Origin: Chiloscyllium plagiosum
Lineage: Eukaryota
NCBI RefSeq assembly: GCF_004010195.1
Contig: NC_057718.1
Coordinates: 30,902,902-30,966,901, forward strand
DNA: 64,000 bases
Reading direction: 5' to 3'
Below the pieces are notes generated by a model. The model searched no databases and was not told the DNA's origin. It worked only from the letters and a program-made list of their open reading frames with translations. A program made the translations under genes and the position numbers. Below, in pieces: positions 1 to 11,010 of the stretch (position 1 is the stretch's first letter; each line of letters opens with the position of its first letter).

Positions 1-271
1 AATTCAGAACAGAAATGTGGAGACATTTCTTCAGCCAGAGAGTGGTGGGCCTGTGGAATTCATTGCCGCGGAGTGCAGTGGAGGCCGGGATGCTAAATGT
101 CTTCAAGGCAGAGATTGATAAATTCTTGATGTCACAAGGAATTAAGGGCTACAGGGAGAATGCAGGTAAGTGGAGTTGAAATGCCCATCAGCCATGATTG
201 AATAGCGGAGTAGATTCGATGAGCCGAATGGCCTTACTTCCACTCCTATGTCTTATGGTCTTATGGTCTTA
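1..271 (+). mobile_element. CR1 LINE 3' end (ORF2 C-terminus, 3' UTR and tandem tail)
   Basis: Translates to FFSQRVVGLWNSLP..AVEAG...FKAEIDKFL, the CR1 ORF2 C-terminal motif; ends in a (TCTTATGG)n tail. Confidence 0.9.
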
Positions 272-429
272 AGTGTGTTTCCTCATTATGGTTGGGAGCG
301 TCATTCTGTCAGGCTCCAGCTAATGATTTAATTACTTTATCCAGCAAAGAGTCAGGTTAGGAAAATCTGATCATGGTCAGCGTTTCCCCTGTCTTCTTTT
401 ACCACCTTTAAATTTCAACTTTCAAATTC

Positions 430-1260
430 AATGAATCATCCTCTGCGATATCTGTACCATCCAGTGCAAATCCACTACTGATCTCAATTGTCCTTCCCTC
501 CCCATTACAGCATTACAAAGGGATTGTTCTCATCACAACAATCCGCCTCACTCTTTCATACCCTCATGCCTGCTGCCTCCTCCATGCCACTTTCCCAAGT
601 AATGCAGGATGTGAAGCTCATGCCTTTATACCCCTTGTTATCCCAAACTCCAGGACCCCAATTGCTCTTCTCAGGTGCAATAGCACATTTACTGATATTT
701 CTTTCAATTTAATATACTGTATCATTGTTCATGTTGTTCATTTGTTTGGGAAGGCCAAATGTAGATTGGATGATCATTTTGCTGAATACTTCTCCTCAGT
801 CTAAGAATACGTCTGTTGCTTTCTCAGTACTCTGCCCCACTCGGACCTCTCTGTCCTTGGCCTCCTACACCATTCTAATTAATGGAAATTCAAGGAATGA
901 TGCCATTTTTTGATTAGACATTTCACAATCTTCTGGAATCAACTGTGAGTTCAACAATTTCAAATCATAACCATTGCTCTCATTTGTTGAAACAACGTTT
1001 CTGGAAATGATTATGCTACATCATTAACAACTTCTCTAGACTTGTATTTTATTATTCACAGTTTCTTTCACTTGCACTTGCTTGACCTCACCACTGTTGG
1101 TTAGACTTTTAATCTTTCCTGACTTCCACCTCATCACAAGCCTTCCCTTTTGTCCTTTCAACTCCTCCTCCCCTTTCATATTGTCTACACTTGCATAAAA
1201 CCTGTTATGTCAGGTTTGGTGAAGTGTCACAGATCTGAAAGGTTGGGCTGGGTTTTCCCA
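430..1260 (+). mobile_element. Decayed Penelope-like element: GIY-YIG endonuclease remnant plus downstream terminal repeat
   Basis: Broken frames read QVQ*HFTDISFNLIYCI (~672-725) and GKAKCRLDDHFAEYF (~748-792), resembling the PLE GIY-YIG region (..FTC...NLVYCI..GETKRRLGDRFAEHL). A degenerate terminal-repeat/hammerhead-like motif lies at ~1218-1260. Confidence 0.7.
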
Positions 1261-2184
1261 GTACACTGGTGGCAGGCTGGGAGGTGGGAGGAAACAAAAG
1301 ATCAGATGGGAAAACGTCAGGATGGTAACTTGACGTTTTCACGCTCGATCTGGAAATTGTTGATCACTGCTGGCATTGTGGGAGGATATCATTTTTCCAA
1401 AAAGTAGGCAGGCAATTAGGCTTACTGAGAAACTAATTAACTTTGATTTTATTAGAGATTTCTATTATTTCAAAGCCTGCATGTAAACCACGCGGTTTCA
1501 AATCCTCATCAGGAATAATGACATGGTGACCAGCAGGAATTCAGTTCTGGCTCCTAATAGCAACATTCTGAGTATTGGCAAGCCTTGACATAGAGAATTA
1601 CAAAGAGTGGACATTGATGTGGGCAGTGAGGCAAAGGGAGTAAGATATCAGAGCTTTGGGATATACCATTACAGAGCCATAATGGTATTTGTATGAGTGA
1701 AAAAAGGAGTACAGTCAGGCCCTGGACACTGGGTGATTGTAATTTGAGGAGTCTGAAGTAGGACACAGGAGGGAGATGGGAGCAATGATACCAGTATGGA
1801 GCTGGGCTGGAGGTGCAGCAGAGTGGAAAGGGAGAATAGGATTAGATGAGTTTGCAGGAGAGGTGGCACCAGAAGATGGAATGGCAGAGATTGCACTGAT
1901 TGGTAGGGAAGATATAGCAGAGAGCTGTAGAGAATGGGACATCTGGCCTTCTCTAATGGCCGCTGAGCTATAGATTCTGCCTGCAGCTTCTCCGAGGCGG
2001 ATGTTCAAGACTGGCCCAAGATGGACTAAGGCCATGCACCAATAAATTACCATGCCAAGTATGACTAACAGGGCTGCCTGGCCCCAAGGCCAGGAATTGA
2101 GTTGACGTCTTTTCTCTGTGACTCATATGCCCTCATGTCACACCACACATAAGCCTCTAAGGTGAGTAGATTGTGGTACACCTA

Positions 2185-2392
2185 CATTGGCAGGTCTCAT
2201 AAGGTCATTCACCCTTCTGTGGCACTACAATCAGTGTAGGGATGGTCCCATGACTGCTGACCTCCTGTATGACTGTGTTTGGTCTGGTGGGCACATCAGC
2301 TCCTCCAAACCCCAGGGTAGAAGACCTCCGGGATTGCCTGAGCAGTGTGGAGGAGAATCCCCAGATGGCATCACTAGACTACAAGGCAATGT
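2185..2392 (-). mobile_element. Harbinger/PIF-type transposon remnant: Myb/SANT-like DNA-binding ORF pseudogene
   Basis: Minus-strand translation with frameshifts gives SSDA-LGILL...EVFYPG...QEVSSHG...*L*CHRRVNDLMR, which fits the trihelix motif W-x-Q-C-x-K/R-R-x-N-D-L. Confidence 0.6.
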
Positions 2393-3299
2393 GCAGATCT
2401 TGACTCTTCTGCTGTTTGACCCATGCCTTCTCTACAGCTATTATAATAAAGTTTGTTTCCAGCTACAATAATTCACAAGCAAACTCCTGTCAGCCTTTTA
2501 AAGACTAGACATGTGCTGCCAATGGTGTGATCTCACAATGTTCAGTGGATGCTACATCTGTGTGTGCCAGCAATTAATTGGCCATTTCCCCACGTGCAAA
2601 CATCAGCACAGCCTATTTCCACTCCTGTAGTTTGTGAGTTGTTATTGAGAAAGCCTTGGTCAGTCACAGAAGTGCAGATTGTAAATAATACCAGCCACAG
2701 TTTTCCAGTGGGTGACGATCTACTACAAATCAGGATAATCCTATATTTGACTTGCTCTCTGTGCTCAGTTAGATGACCATACCCAGCCTGGGAGCAGGAT
2801 GCAACAACTGGCCTTTTGATCCACATTTAAAAAGACTGATCGTACCAGTGATTTCTGTTGGATGTGTGGAGGCGTGGAGACGGGGAGGACTGGAATCTGA
2901 TGCCACTGCAGTTAAGTGGCTTGTCAACCTTATTATGAAGTGAAAAGTAGCAGACCCTCAACATGCTCACAGATTAGGCTATTTAACCTAATGCATCTCA
3001 GCAAATTAGCTATGTTAGCAAACAGATGCCTCAATGCAAGTCAAACATTTTATGTTGCATTTTTAGGGAATGTTGATGGCTATAATTAACATTCTGTCAG
3101 GGCTAACATATTAATAAATTATACAAATCTCAATTAATTTACATATGCCAATTTGACCAAATCAGAAAATAGGCTTTATCCTAAAATAAAGAACATGAAC
3201 TCTGTCCTAATTAAATTAGGAGAGAATGACAATTATGCTATTAGTGGCAAAGTAATAATTAATTATAATAACTCAAATTTAAAGTGTGTAAATGAATTT

Positions 3300-3790
3300 T
3301 TTTCTGTTCAAGGGATGTAAGTGTTGCTGGATTGGCCAGCATTTATTGACCATTCTTAATTGACATGATGGTGGTGAGCTGCCTTCTTGAACTGCTGCAG
3401 AACTTAATGCTGTTAGAAAGTGATCCAAGATTTTGACTCAACAAAAGTGAATGAATAACAAACTAATTTCAAATCAGGATATGTGTGGCTTGGAGGGGAA
3501 CTTGCATGTGGTAGTGATTCCATGCATCTGTTGTCCTTGATGCTAGATGCTAGTGATCATGGTTTCAAATGAGCTGTTCAAGGATCCTTGGTGAATTCCA
3601 GCAGTGCACTTTGTGGATGGTGCACACTGCTGTGAAGGGAGTGAACATTAAAGGTGGTGGATGGGGGGTGCCAATCATAAAGGCCGGTTTGTCCTGTGTC
3701 ATGCTTCTCAAGCGTCATTTGAGCTGCACCAATCCAGGCAATTGCAAAATCTTCCATCATATCCTGATTTGTGCTTTGTAGATGGTGTAA
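3300..3790 (-). mobile_element. CR1-group (L2-like) LINE 3' fragment
   Basis: ORF 3578-3760(-) resembles an RT C-terminus (MEY..AW..AA..TL.K.D..Q). The 3' terminus AATAAATGCTGGCCAATCCAGCAACACTTACATCCC matches the copy at 19400-19560. Confidence 0.75.
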
Positions 3791-4069
3791 ATAAAGTTAT
3801 CAAAAAAGCGTTCTCCCAGTAACTCAAAAACAATTAAGAACTACCATCATGCTTATCATGCTATATTGTTAAAAATCATAAAATAACTGTGTTAATAGAC
3901 CTAATACAAGTCGGTTGTATTTATATTTATAAAGAAACCAACTGGTGTAGCTGTAAGCCTTAACTACATATTTTTAACCATTAGCTCTGTGCCCTCATGG
4001 TCAATTCAGCGGGAAATGTGCATGTTGCCATATCTCACTGGTTAACAATGCTTAATGCCTGGACCACAG

Positions 4070-4290
4070 CAAGATTGACATTAATGAACTGGAGGAGCTT
4101 GATACCAATCATTTAGAATGGCGACAACTTGTCCATCAAGTTCCATTACATTTGAGTCACAATGTCATAACGATGAGTCAGAATACTGGCAGAGAAGGAA
4201 AGAAAAAGAAGAAAATCCAACACTCCAGATTCCACCACCTCCAGCCCCATGTGCCCAAAGATCTGAGGGTCAAGAATTGACTTATTAATT
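4070..4290 (+). mobile_element. RTE (BovB-like) LINE C-terminal fragment
   Basis: Reads IDINELEELDTNHLEWRQLVHQ, then a basic stretch and CPKI*GSRIDL, like the RTE ORF C-terminus. Confidence 0.5.
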
Positions 4291-4429
4291 AAAATGAAGA
4301 GCAAAGGGAGAAATGTACTACTTGAGTAGATGTCATTTTTGAATTGAGAAACAACCAATGACAATGTGATGGGATGTGAATTCATTGCCTCCATACTTCC
4401 TCAGTAAGCCTGTTATCTGCCTCACTGTT

Positions 4430-4538
4430 ATCAAAAAGGTCCAGTCAGGATCTTCTGCAGACAGCAAAGAATTAAAATAGTACCGACAGTCTTTAATTCT
4501 TTGCTGTCTGCAGAAGATCCTGACTGGACCTTTTTGAT
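4430..4538. repeat. Perfect inverted repeat, 47-bp arms with a 15-nt loop (hairpin 1)
   Basis: 4430-4476 is the exact reverse complement of 4492-4538; loop ATAGTACCGACAGTC. Confidence 0.97.
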
Positions 4539-4715
4539 GAGAGAAACCTTGATGAGTGCATGAGTGAGGGATAATGAAAGGATATTGGGCCTGATTTTAT
4601 CAAATGCAAAGAATTAAAATAGTACCGACAGTCTTTAATTCTTTGCATTTGATAAAATCAGGCCCAATATCCTTTCATTATCCCTCACTCATGCACTCAT
4701 CAAGGTTTCACTCAT
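4537..4715. repeat. Near-perfect inverted repeat, 82-bp arms with the same 15-nt loop (hairpin 2)
   Basis: 4537-4618 pairs with 4634-4715 (one mismatch near the outer end); loop 4619-4633 is ATAGTACCGACAGTC. Confidence 0.97.
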
Positions 4716-4894
4716 GAACCTTCCATATACTGTATTGGTTTCAGAGGATCATTCGCTGAGGAGGTCACAAACAAAGGGACCACAGCTACAGATTCATGTT
4801 AAAAAGTTAAGGCAGAAGGCAGGACAAACCTCTTCCCACACACACAGCTATGAGTTTGTGGAATCCACAAAAATGTCGCCATCATTCAAGATTT

Positions 4895-5722
4895 GTGTGG
4901 AGGAACAGAGCGACCTTGGGGTCCATGTCCACAGATCCCTCAAATTTGCCACCCAAGTTGATGGGGTGGTTAAGAAGGCATATGGTGTGTTATGCTACAG
5001 CTCTATAGACCCCTGGTTAGACCACACTTGGAATATTGTGTTCAGTTCTGATCACCCCCATTATAGGAAGGATGTGGAAGCTTTAGAATAGGTGCAGAGG
5101 AAATTTGACGTTTCAGGCCTTCAGCCCTTCTGAAGGGCTTACGTCCGAAACATCGATTCTCCTGCTCCTTGGATACTGCCTGACCTGCTGCGCTTTTCCA
5201 GCAACACATTTTTCAGCTATGATCTCCAGCATCTGCAGCCCTCACTTTCTCCCCGCAGAGGAAATTTACCAAGATGCTGCCCGGACTGGAGGGCAAGTCT
5301 TATGAAGAAAGCTTGAGGGAGAGAGGGCTTTTTTCATTGGAGGAAAGAAAGATGACAGGTGATTTGATAGAGGTGTGCAAGATGATGAGAGATATAGATA
5401 GAGTGAATAGCCAGAGATTGTTTCCCAGGGCGGAAATATCTATCACAAGGGGTCACAATTTTAAGGTAATTGGAGGAAGGTTTAGGGGAGATATCAGAGG
5501 TAAGTTCTTTAGACAGAGAGTGGTGGGTGCGTGGAATGCACTGCCAACAGTGGAAGTAGAGTCAAACACGTGAGGAAAACAAGAGAATCTTGGATAGGCA
5601 TAAGGAAGAAAGTGAACGGAAGCATGTAGGTTAGTCTGATCTGAAAGTAGGATAAACGGGTGGCACAACATCGAGGGTCGAAGGGCCTGTACTGTGCTGT
5701 ACTGTTCTTTGTTCTGTGTTCT
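4895..5722 (+). mobile_element. 5'-truncated CR1 LINE interrupted by an insertion at 5107-5254
   Basis: EEQSDLGVHVHRSLK..QVD.VVKKAYG, and ORF 5274-5573 (MLPGLEG.SYEE.L...RGHNFKV..FF.QRVVGAWNALP); (TGTTCT)n-type tail. Confidence 0.92.
5107..5254 (+). mobile_element. Short Penelope-terminal-repeat-derived insertion (family A) with a 13-bp target-site duplication
   Basis: GCAGAGGAAATTT is duplicated at 5094-5106 and 5255-5267. The 5' part is an inverted copy of GAAGGGCT..CCGAAAC. Homologous to 14277-14410 and 51310-51392. Confidence 0.85.
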
Positions 5723-5850
5723 TTTACATTGGCTAAGTGAATGAAAGGAAAGGAGTTGAAACTATATGGGAACACAGTGGATAAATTTGATTCAAGCTAT
5801 TTGTTTCTATACAGCCATGAACATGTTAGCTTGAATGGTCTGGTTCCATG

Positions 5851-6045
5851 TACAGGTAGTCCCTGACTTATGAACACTCATACTTATGGATGAGATCACA
5901 TTTTGCTGTCAATTTTAAGGATCCAAATACGAACGTTTGGTCACACTTATGGACAGATATTTTATACTGTACTGTATTGCGTTCTGATTTATATACAAAT
6001 CAATTTACAAACATACTCAGGAACAGAACCTGCTCATAGCCCAGG
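5851..6045. mobile_element. Tc1/mariner (Tigger/pogo-like) MITE; its right terminal repeat appears split by a CR1 insertion
   Basis: Begins TA-CAGGTAGTCCCTGACTTATGAAC. A matching end is reconstructed from CCAGG (6041-6045) plus GACTGTCTG-TA (7309-7319). Confidence 0.6.
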
Positions 6046-7312
6046 CAGAGCAGTGGATGTGATCTATAGGAACTTTGATGTGGAGGTGCTGGTGTTGGAC
6101 TCGGGTGGGCAAAGTTAAAAATAACCCGGTGTTTATGAATTTTAGTAAGGTGTTCAACAAGGATCCTCATGATAGACTGGTTATCAAGGTTAGATCAAGT
6201 GAAATACAGAGAGAACTAGCCATTTGGATATAGAACTGGCTCGAAGGTAGAAGATTGAGAGTGGTGGTGGAGGGTTGCTTTTCACACTGGAGGCCTGTGA
6301 CATGTGATGTGCCATAAGAATCAGTGCTGGGTCCACTGCTTTTTGTCATTTGTATAAATGATTTGGATGTGAAAATGGGAGGTATGGTTAATAAATTTGC
6401 AGATTACAACACAATTGGAGATGTGATGAACAACGAAGAAGGTTTCCTCAGAGTATAACAGGATCTTGATCAGATGGGCTAATGGGCCGAGGAGTGGCAT
6501 TTAATTTTGATAAATGTGAGGTGCTGCATTTTGGAAAGGCAAATCAGGGCAGGACTTATACACTTAATGGGTAAGGTCCTGGGGAGTGTTGCTAAATAAA
6601 GAGACCTTGGAGTGCAGGTTCATAGTTTCTCGAAAGTAGAGTTGCAGGTAGACCGGATAGTGAAGAAGGCATTTGGTATGCTTGCCTTTATTGATCAGTG
6701 AATTGAGTGTAGGAGTTGGGAGGTCATGTTGCAGCTGTACAGGACACTGGTTAGGCCATTGTTGGAATACTGCATACAATTCTATTCTCTCTGTTACAGG
6801 AAGGATATTGTGAAATTTGAAAGAGTTCAGAAAATATTTACAAGTCTGTTGCCAGGGTTGAAAGGTTTGAGCAGTGGGGAGATGCTGAATAGGCTGAGGC
6901 TGTTTTCCCTGGAGCATCGGACAATGAGGGGTGAACTTATAGAGATTTATAAAATCATGAGGGGAATAGGTAGCGTCAATTGCAAAGGTCTTTTTCCCAG
7001 GGTAATGAAGTCTAAAACTATAGGTCATAGGTGTAAGGTGAGAGGGGAAAAATTTAAAAAGGACCTATGGGGCAACTTTTTCACGCAGAGGGTGATGTAT
7101 GTATGGAATGAGCTGCCAGAGGAAGTCTTGGAGGCTGGTATAGTTATAACATTTAAGAGGCATATGGATGGGTATATGAATAGGAAGGATCTGGAGGGAT
7201 ATCGGCCAAATGCTGCCAAATGGGACTGGATTTATTTAGATATCTGGTCAGTATGGACGAGTTGGAACCACAGGTTTTAACTCGTGCTGTACATATCCAT
7301 GACTGCATGACT
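6044..7312 (+). mobile_element. 5'-truncated CR1 LINE (RT domain to 3' tail)
   Basis: GRAVDVIY, then ..SVLGPLLFVI, KFAD; ORF 6726-7280 MLQLYRTLVRPLLEYC...WNELPEEV; multiple stops. A small fragment of family B element sits at ~6075-6125. Confidence 0.95.
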
Positions 7313-7513
7313 GTCTGTAACTTTGATGTATTTTGAAGAACTAGGTATGCATACATCTATCTTTCATGAGTATATACTGCAGCAAGAAGATCTGATTGTG
7401 GAAATGGGTGAAAATTGTAAAGAGAATTCTCGTAAGGAATTATTTACCATTCAATGATGTAATGAGAGTGACAAAGTGAGGAAAACGAGGAAGAGAAAGA
7501 AAGCAATTGAAAT

Positions 7514-10275
7514 AGAATCATAGAGTCATAGAGATGTACAGCATGGAAACAGACCCTTCGGTCCAACTCGTCCATGCCGACCAGATCTCTCAACCCAATC
7601 TAGTCTTACCTGCCAACACCCGGCTCATATCCCTCCAAACACTTCCTATTCATATACCCATCCAGATGCCTTTTAAATGTTGTAACTGTACTAGCCTCCA
7701 CCACTTCCTCTGGCTGCTCAATCCATACACATACCACCCTCTGCGTGAAAATGTTGCCCTTAGGTCTCTTTTATATCTTTCTCCTCTCACCCTAAACCCA
7801 TGCCCTCTAATTCTGGACTCCCCAACCCCAGGAAGAAACTTTGTCTATTTATCCTACCTGTGCCCCTCATGATTTTATAAATCTCTATAAGGTCACCCCT
7901 CAGCCTCCGACACTCCAGGGAAAACAGCTCCAGCCTGTTCAGCCTCTCCCTATAGCCCAAATCCCCCAACCCTGGCAACATCCTTGTAAATCTTTTCTGA
8001 ACCCTTTCAGATTTGACAACATCTTTCTGCAAGGAGACCGAATTGCACACAATATTCCAAAAGTGGCCTAAACAACTTCCTGTACAGCCGCAGCATGACC
8101 TCCCAACTCCTGGACTCAATATTCTGACCAATAAAGGAAAGCATACCAAATGCCTTCTTCACTATCCTATCTACCTCCGACTCCACTTTCAAGGAGCTAT
8201 GAACCTGCATTCCAAGGTCTCTTTGTTCAGCAACACTCCCTAGGACCTTGCCATTAAGTGTATAAGTCCTGCTAAAATTTGCTTTCCCAAAATGTAGCAC
8301 CTCACATTTATCTAAATTGAACTCAAACTGCCACTTCTCAGCCCATTGTCTCATCTGATCAAGGTCCTGTTGTAATCTGAGGTAACCTCCTTCATTGTCC
8401 ACCACACCTCCAATTTTGGTGTCATCTGCAAACTTACTAACTAAACCTGTTATGCTCACATCCAAGTCATTTATGTAAATAACAAAACGTAGAAGACCAA
8501 GCACCGATCTTTGTGGCACTCCACTGGTCACAGGCCTCCGGTCTGAAAAACAATCCTCCACCACCACCCTCTGTCTTCTACCTGCGAGCCAGTTCTGTAC
8601 CCAAATGGCGAGTTCTCTCTGTATTCCATGAGATCTAACCTTGCTGACCAGTCTCCCATGAGGAACCTTGTCGAACACCTTATTGAAGTCCATATAGATC
8701 ACGTCCACTGCTCTGCCCTCATCAGTCCACTTTGTTACTTCCTCACAAAATTCAATCAAGTTTGTGAGACACTATTTCCCATGCATAAAGCCATGTTGAC
8801 TATCCCTAATCAGTCCTTGCCTTTCCAAATACATGTACATCCTGTCCCTCAGGATTCCCTCCAACAACTTGTCGACCACCAACATTAGGCTCACTGGTCT
8901 ATAGTTTCCTGGCTTATCCTTACCACCTTTCTTAAACAGTGACACCACATTAGCCAACCTCCTGTCTTCTGGCACCTCACCTGTGACTATTGATGATACA
9001 AATATCTCAGCAAGAGGCCCAGCAATCACTTCCTTAGCTTCCCACAGAGTTCTAGGCTATACCAGATCAGGTTTTGGGGATTCATCCACTTTTGCGTGTT
9101 TCAAGACAACCAGCACTTCCTCCTTTGTAATATGGACATTTTTCAAGATATCACCATCTATTTCCCTACAGTCTATATTTTCCATGTCCTTTTCCACAGT
9201 AAATACTGATGCAAATGACTCGTTTCGTATCTTCCCCATCTCCTGCGGCTCAAAGGCCACTTTGCTGAGCTTTGAGGGGCCCTATTCTCTCCCTAGTTAC
9301 CCTTTTGTCCTTAATGTATTTGTAAAAACCCTTTGGATTCTCCTTAACTCTATTTGCCAAAGCTATCTCACGTCCATTTTTGCCCTCCTGATTTCCCTCT
9401 TAAGTATACTCCTACTGCCTTTCTACTCTTCTAAGGATTCCTTTACTCTATCTTGTCTATACCTGACATATGCTTCCTTCTGTTTCTTAACCAAACCCAG
9501 TAATCCAGATATTACTACTCTTGAGGATCTCCTTGAAAAATTCCTGCCCAACTCTCTATATTCTCCCTTCAGAATCTCATCCTTTTACCTTCCTATTTAA
9601 TTGGTTCCAATTTTGTACAATGACCTCCTGCTGGTCCCTCTCCCCCTTGAGAGCATTCTGCACCCTTTCTGAAGCATCCTTGATCCTGGCACTAGGGAGG
9701 CAACACACCATTCTAATTTTTCGCTCCTGGCCATAGAAGCGTTTGTCTGTGCCTCGAACTAGAGAGTCCCTACAATTGATCTCTTGGAACCCAATGTATT
9801 CCTCATTGCTTTAGAGCCTGTCTCAATACCAGAAATTTGTCTGTTCGTGCTACATTCCCCTGAGAATCCATTACTCCCTACATTTTCCCAGGCAGCATAC
9901 TTGTTTGAAATGGAGATAGCCACTGAAGACTCCTGCACTACCTGCCTGCCTCTCTTACCTTGCCTGGAGTCAACACATCTATGTGACTGTACTTGCAACT
10001 TTTCTCCCTTCCTATAACTGCCATCCATTATATTCCCTTGCTCTTGTAAATTCCACATTGCCCCTAATTGTGTGTCCAACCGATCCATTCGATCTGATAG
10101 GATTCACAACCAACGGCATTTATTACAGATGTAATAAGTCTCCCTGAACTCACACATCCTTCATTTTTGCTTCTTTCAATTTTTAGACCCAGTAAATAGC
10201 ACTGTCTTATTACTCTACAAAACACTGCACCAGGCTAACTTCATACTATTGGCTTATATTTTTAAGTTTAATTTC
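7514..10275 (-). mobile_element. Long CR1 LINE with 5' UTR, ORF1 (SGNH esterase) and ORF2 RT, internally deleted
   Basis: ORF 8007-8759 is an RT (DFNKVFDKVPH, GVPQ.SVLG, KFADDTK). ORF1 reads GDSLVRGTDKRF...CCLPSARIKD...IGTN at ~9590-9770. The (CTCTATGA)n tail is at 7514-7533. Confidence 0.95.
8007..8759 (-). pseudogene. CR1 ORF2 reverse transcriptase fragment (250 aa open frame)
   Basis: RT motifs including FADD are present; adjacent ORF2 frames are broken by stops and frameshifts. Confidence 0.92.
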
Positions 10276-10639
10276 TATAAGAATCTGGAGAAATGGGTTC
10301 AAATGAAAGGAAGAAAGTGAATAAAATGACTAAATCATTCCTGTATAGGAATGAGATGCACAGCAAGAAGGGCAGACAGAGAAACAATGGTTTACAAAAA
10401 CAGGAGAAATAAAATGTATGTTAAGGGAATAACACTCGTGTATCTCACTTTTCAATACAATGATTAAGTATTATCAGGGATAATTTCTCTGGAGTCCTCC
10501 AAAACTTTCATCATAACATTGACAGAAGATCTATGGTCATCTTGGAAATGTTGTCCTCATCCATGCATTTTGAACTTGAAGGAACTCACACACTCACAAA
10601 TGGAGATTTATACTTTCCTGTGGAGAATCTGTTGACCTT

Positions 10640-11010
10640 ATTCCAGTGAACACCCATAGAAGTTCCAACTTCTTACTTAAAGTTTGTATTTCTGCACTGA
10701 TGATACAGAATAATATACACCTCCCTATCTCCGTAAAATCCTCTAATCCCATATCCTCTGAGATAATTGTGTTCTTCAAATTTTGGTACTTTGAACATCT
10801 TATAAGCTTTGAATTGCACTTCTTCATTTCTCTAACTGATTGTCTTCTTTTACAATCATCTTCAAAACCTAACTTTTTGACCAAAGTTTTGGCCATATGA
10901 TCTGAAGTTTTCCTGTATGGCATGATTACATATTTAATTTATGATAATGCTCCTGTAAATAGCTTTGTGACATTCTATTTTAATATATAAATATAAATAT
11001 TTGTGTTAGG
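10640..11010 (+). mobile_element. L2 LINE 3' end
   Basis: ..CTTCAAAACCTAACTTTTTGACCAAAGTTTTGGCC..GATAATGCTCCTGTAAA..ATATAAAT..TTGTGTT has the architecture of an L2 3' terminus. Confidence 0.6.

Noticed and set aside
4464..4646. CRISPR-like or pre-miRNA reading of the repeated palindromic 41-mer
   Set aside because: Only two copies, the intervening DNA is the inverse of the flanks, there are no cas genes and the context is vertebrate. Perfect bulge-free stems do not match any miRNA I recognise.
8983..9600. 205-aa plus-strand ORF, and similar ORFs at 6564-7028, 34242-34580 and 35416-35814
   Set aside because: Antisense shadows of CR1 ORF2.
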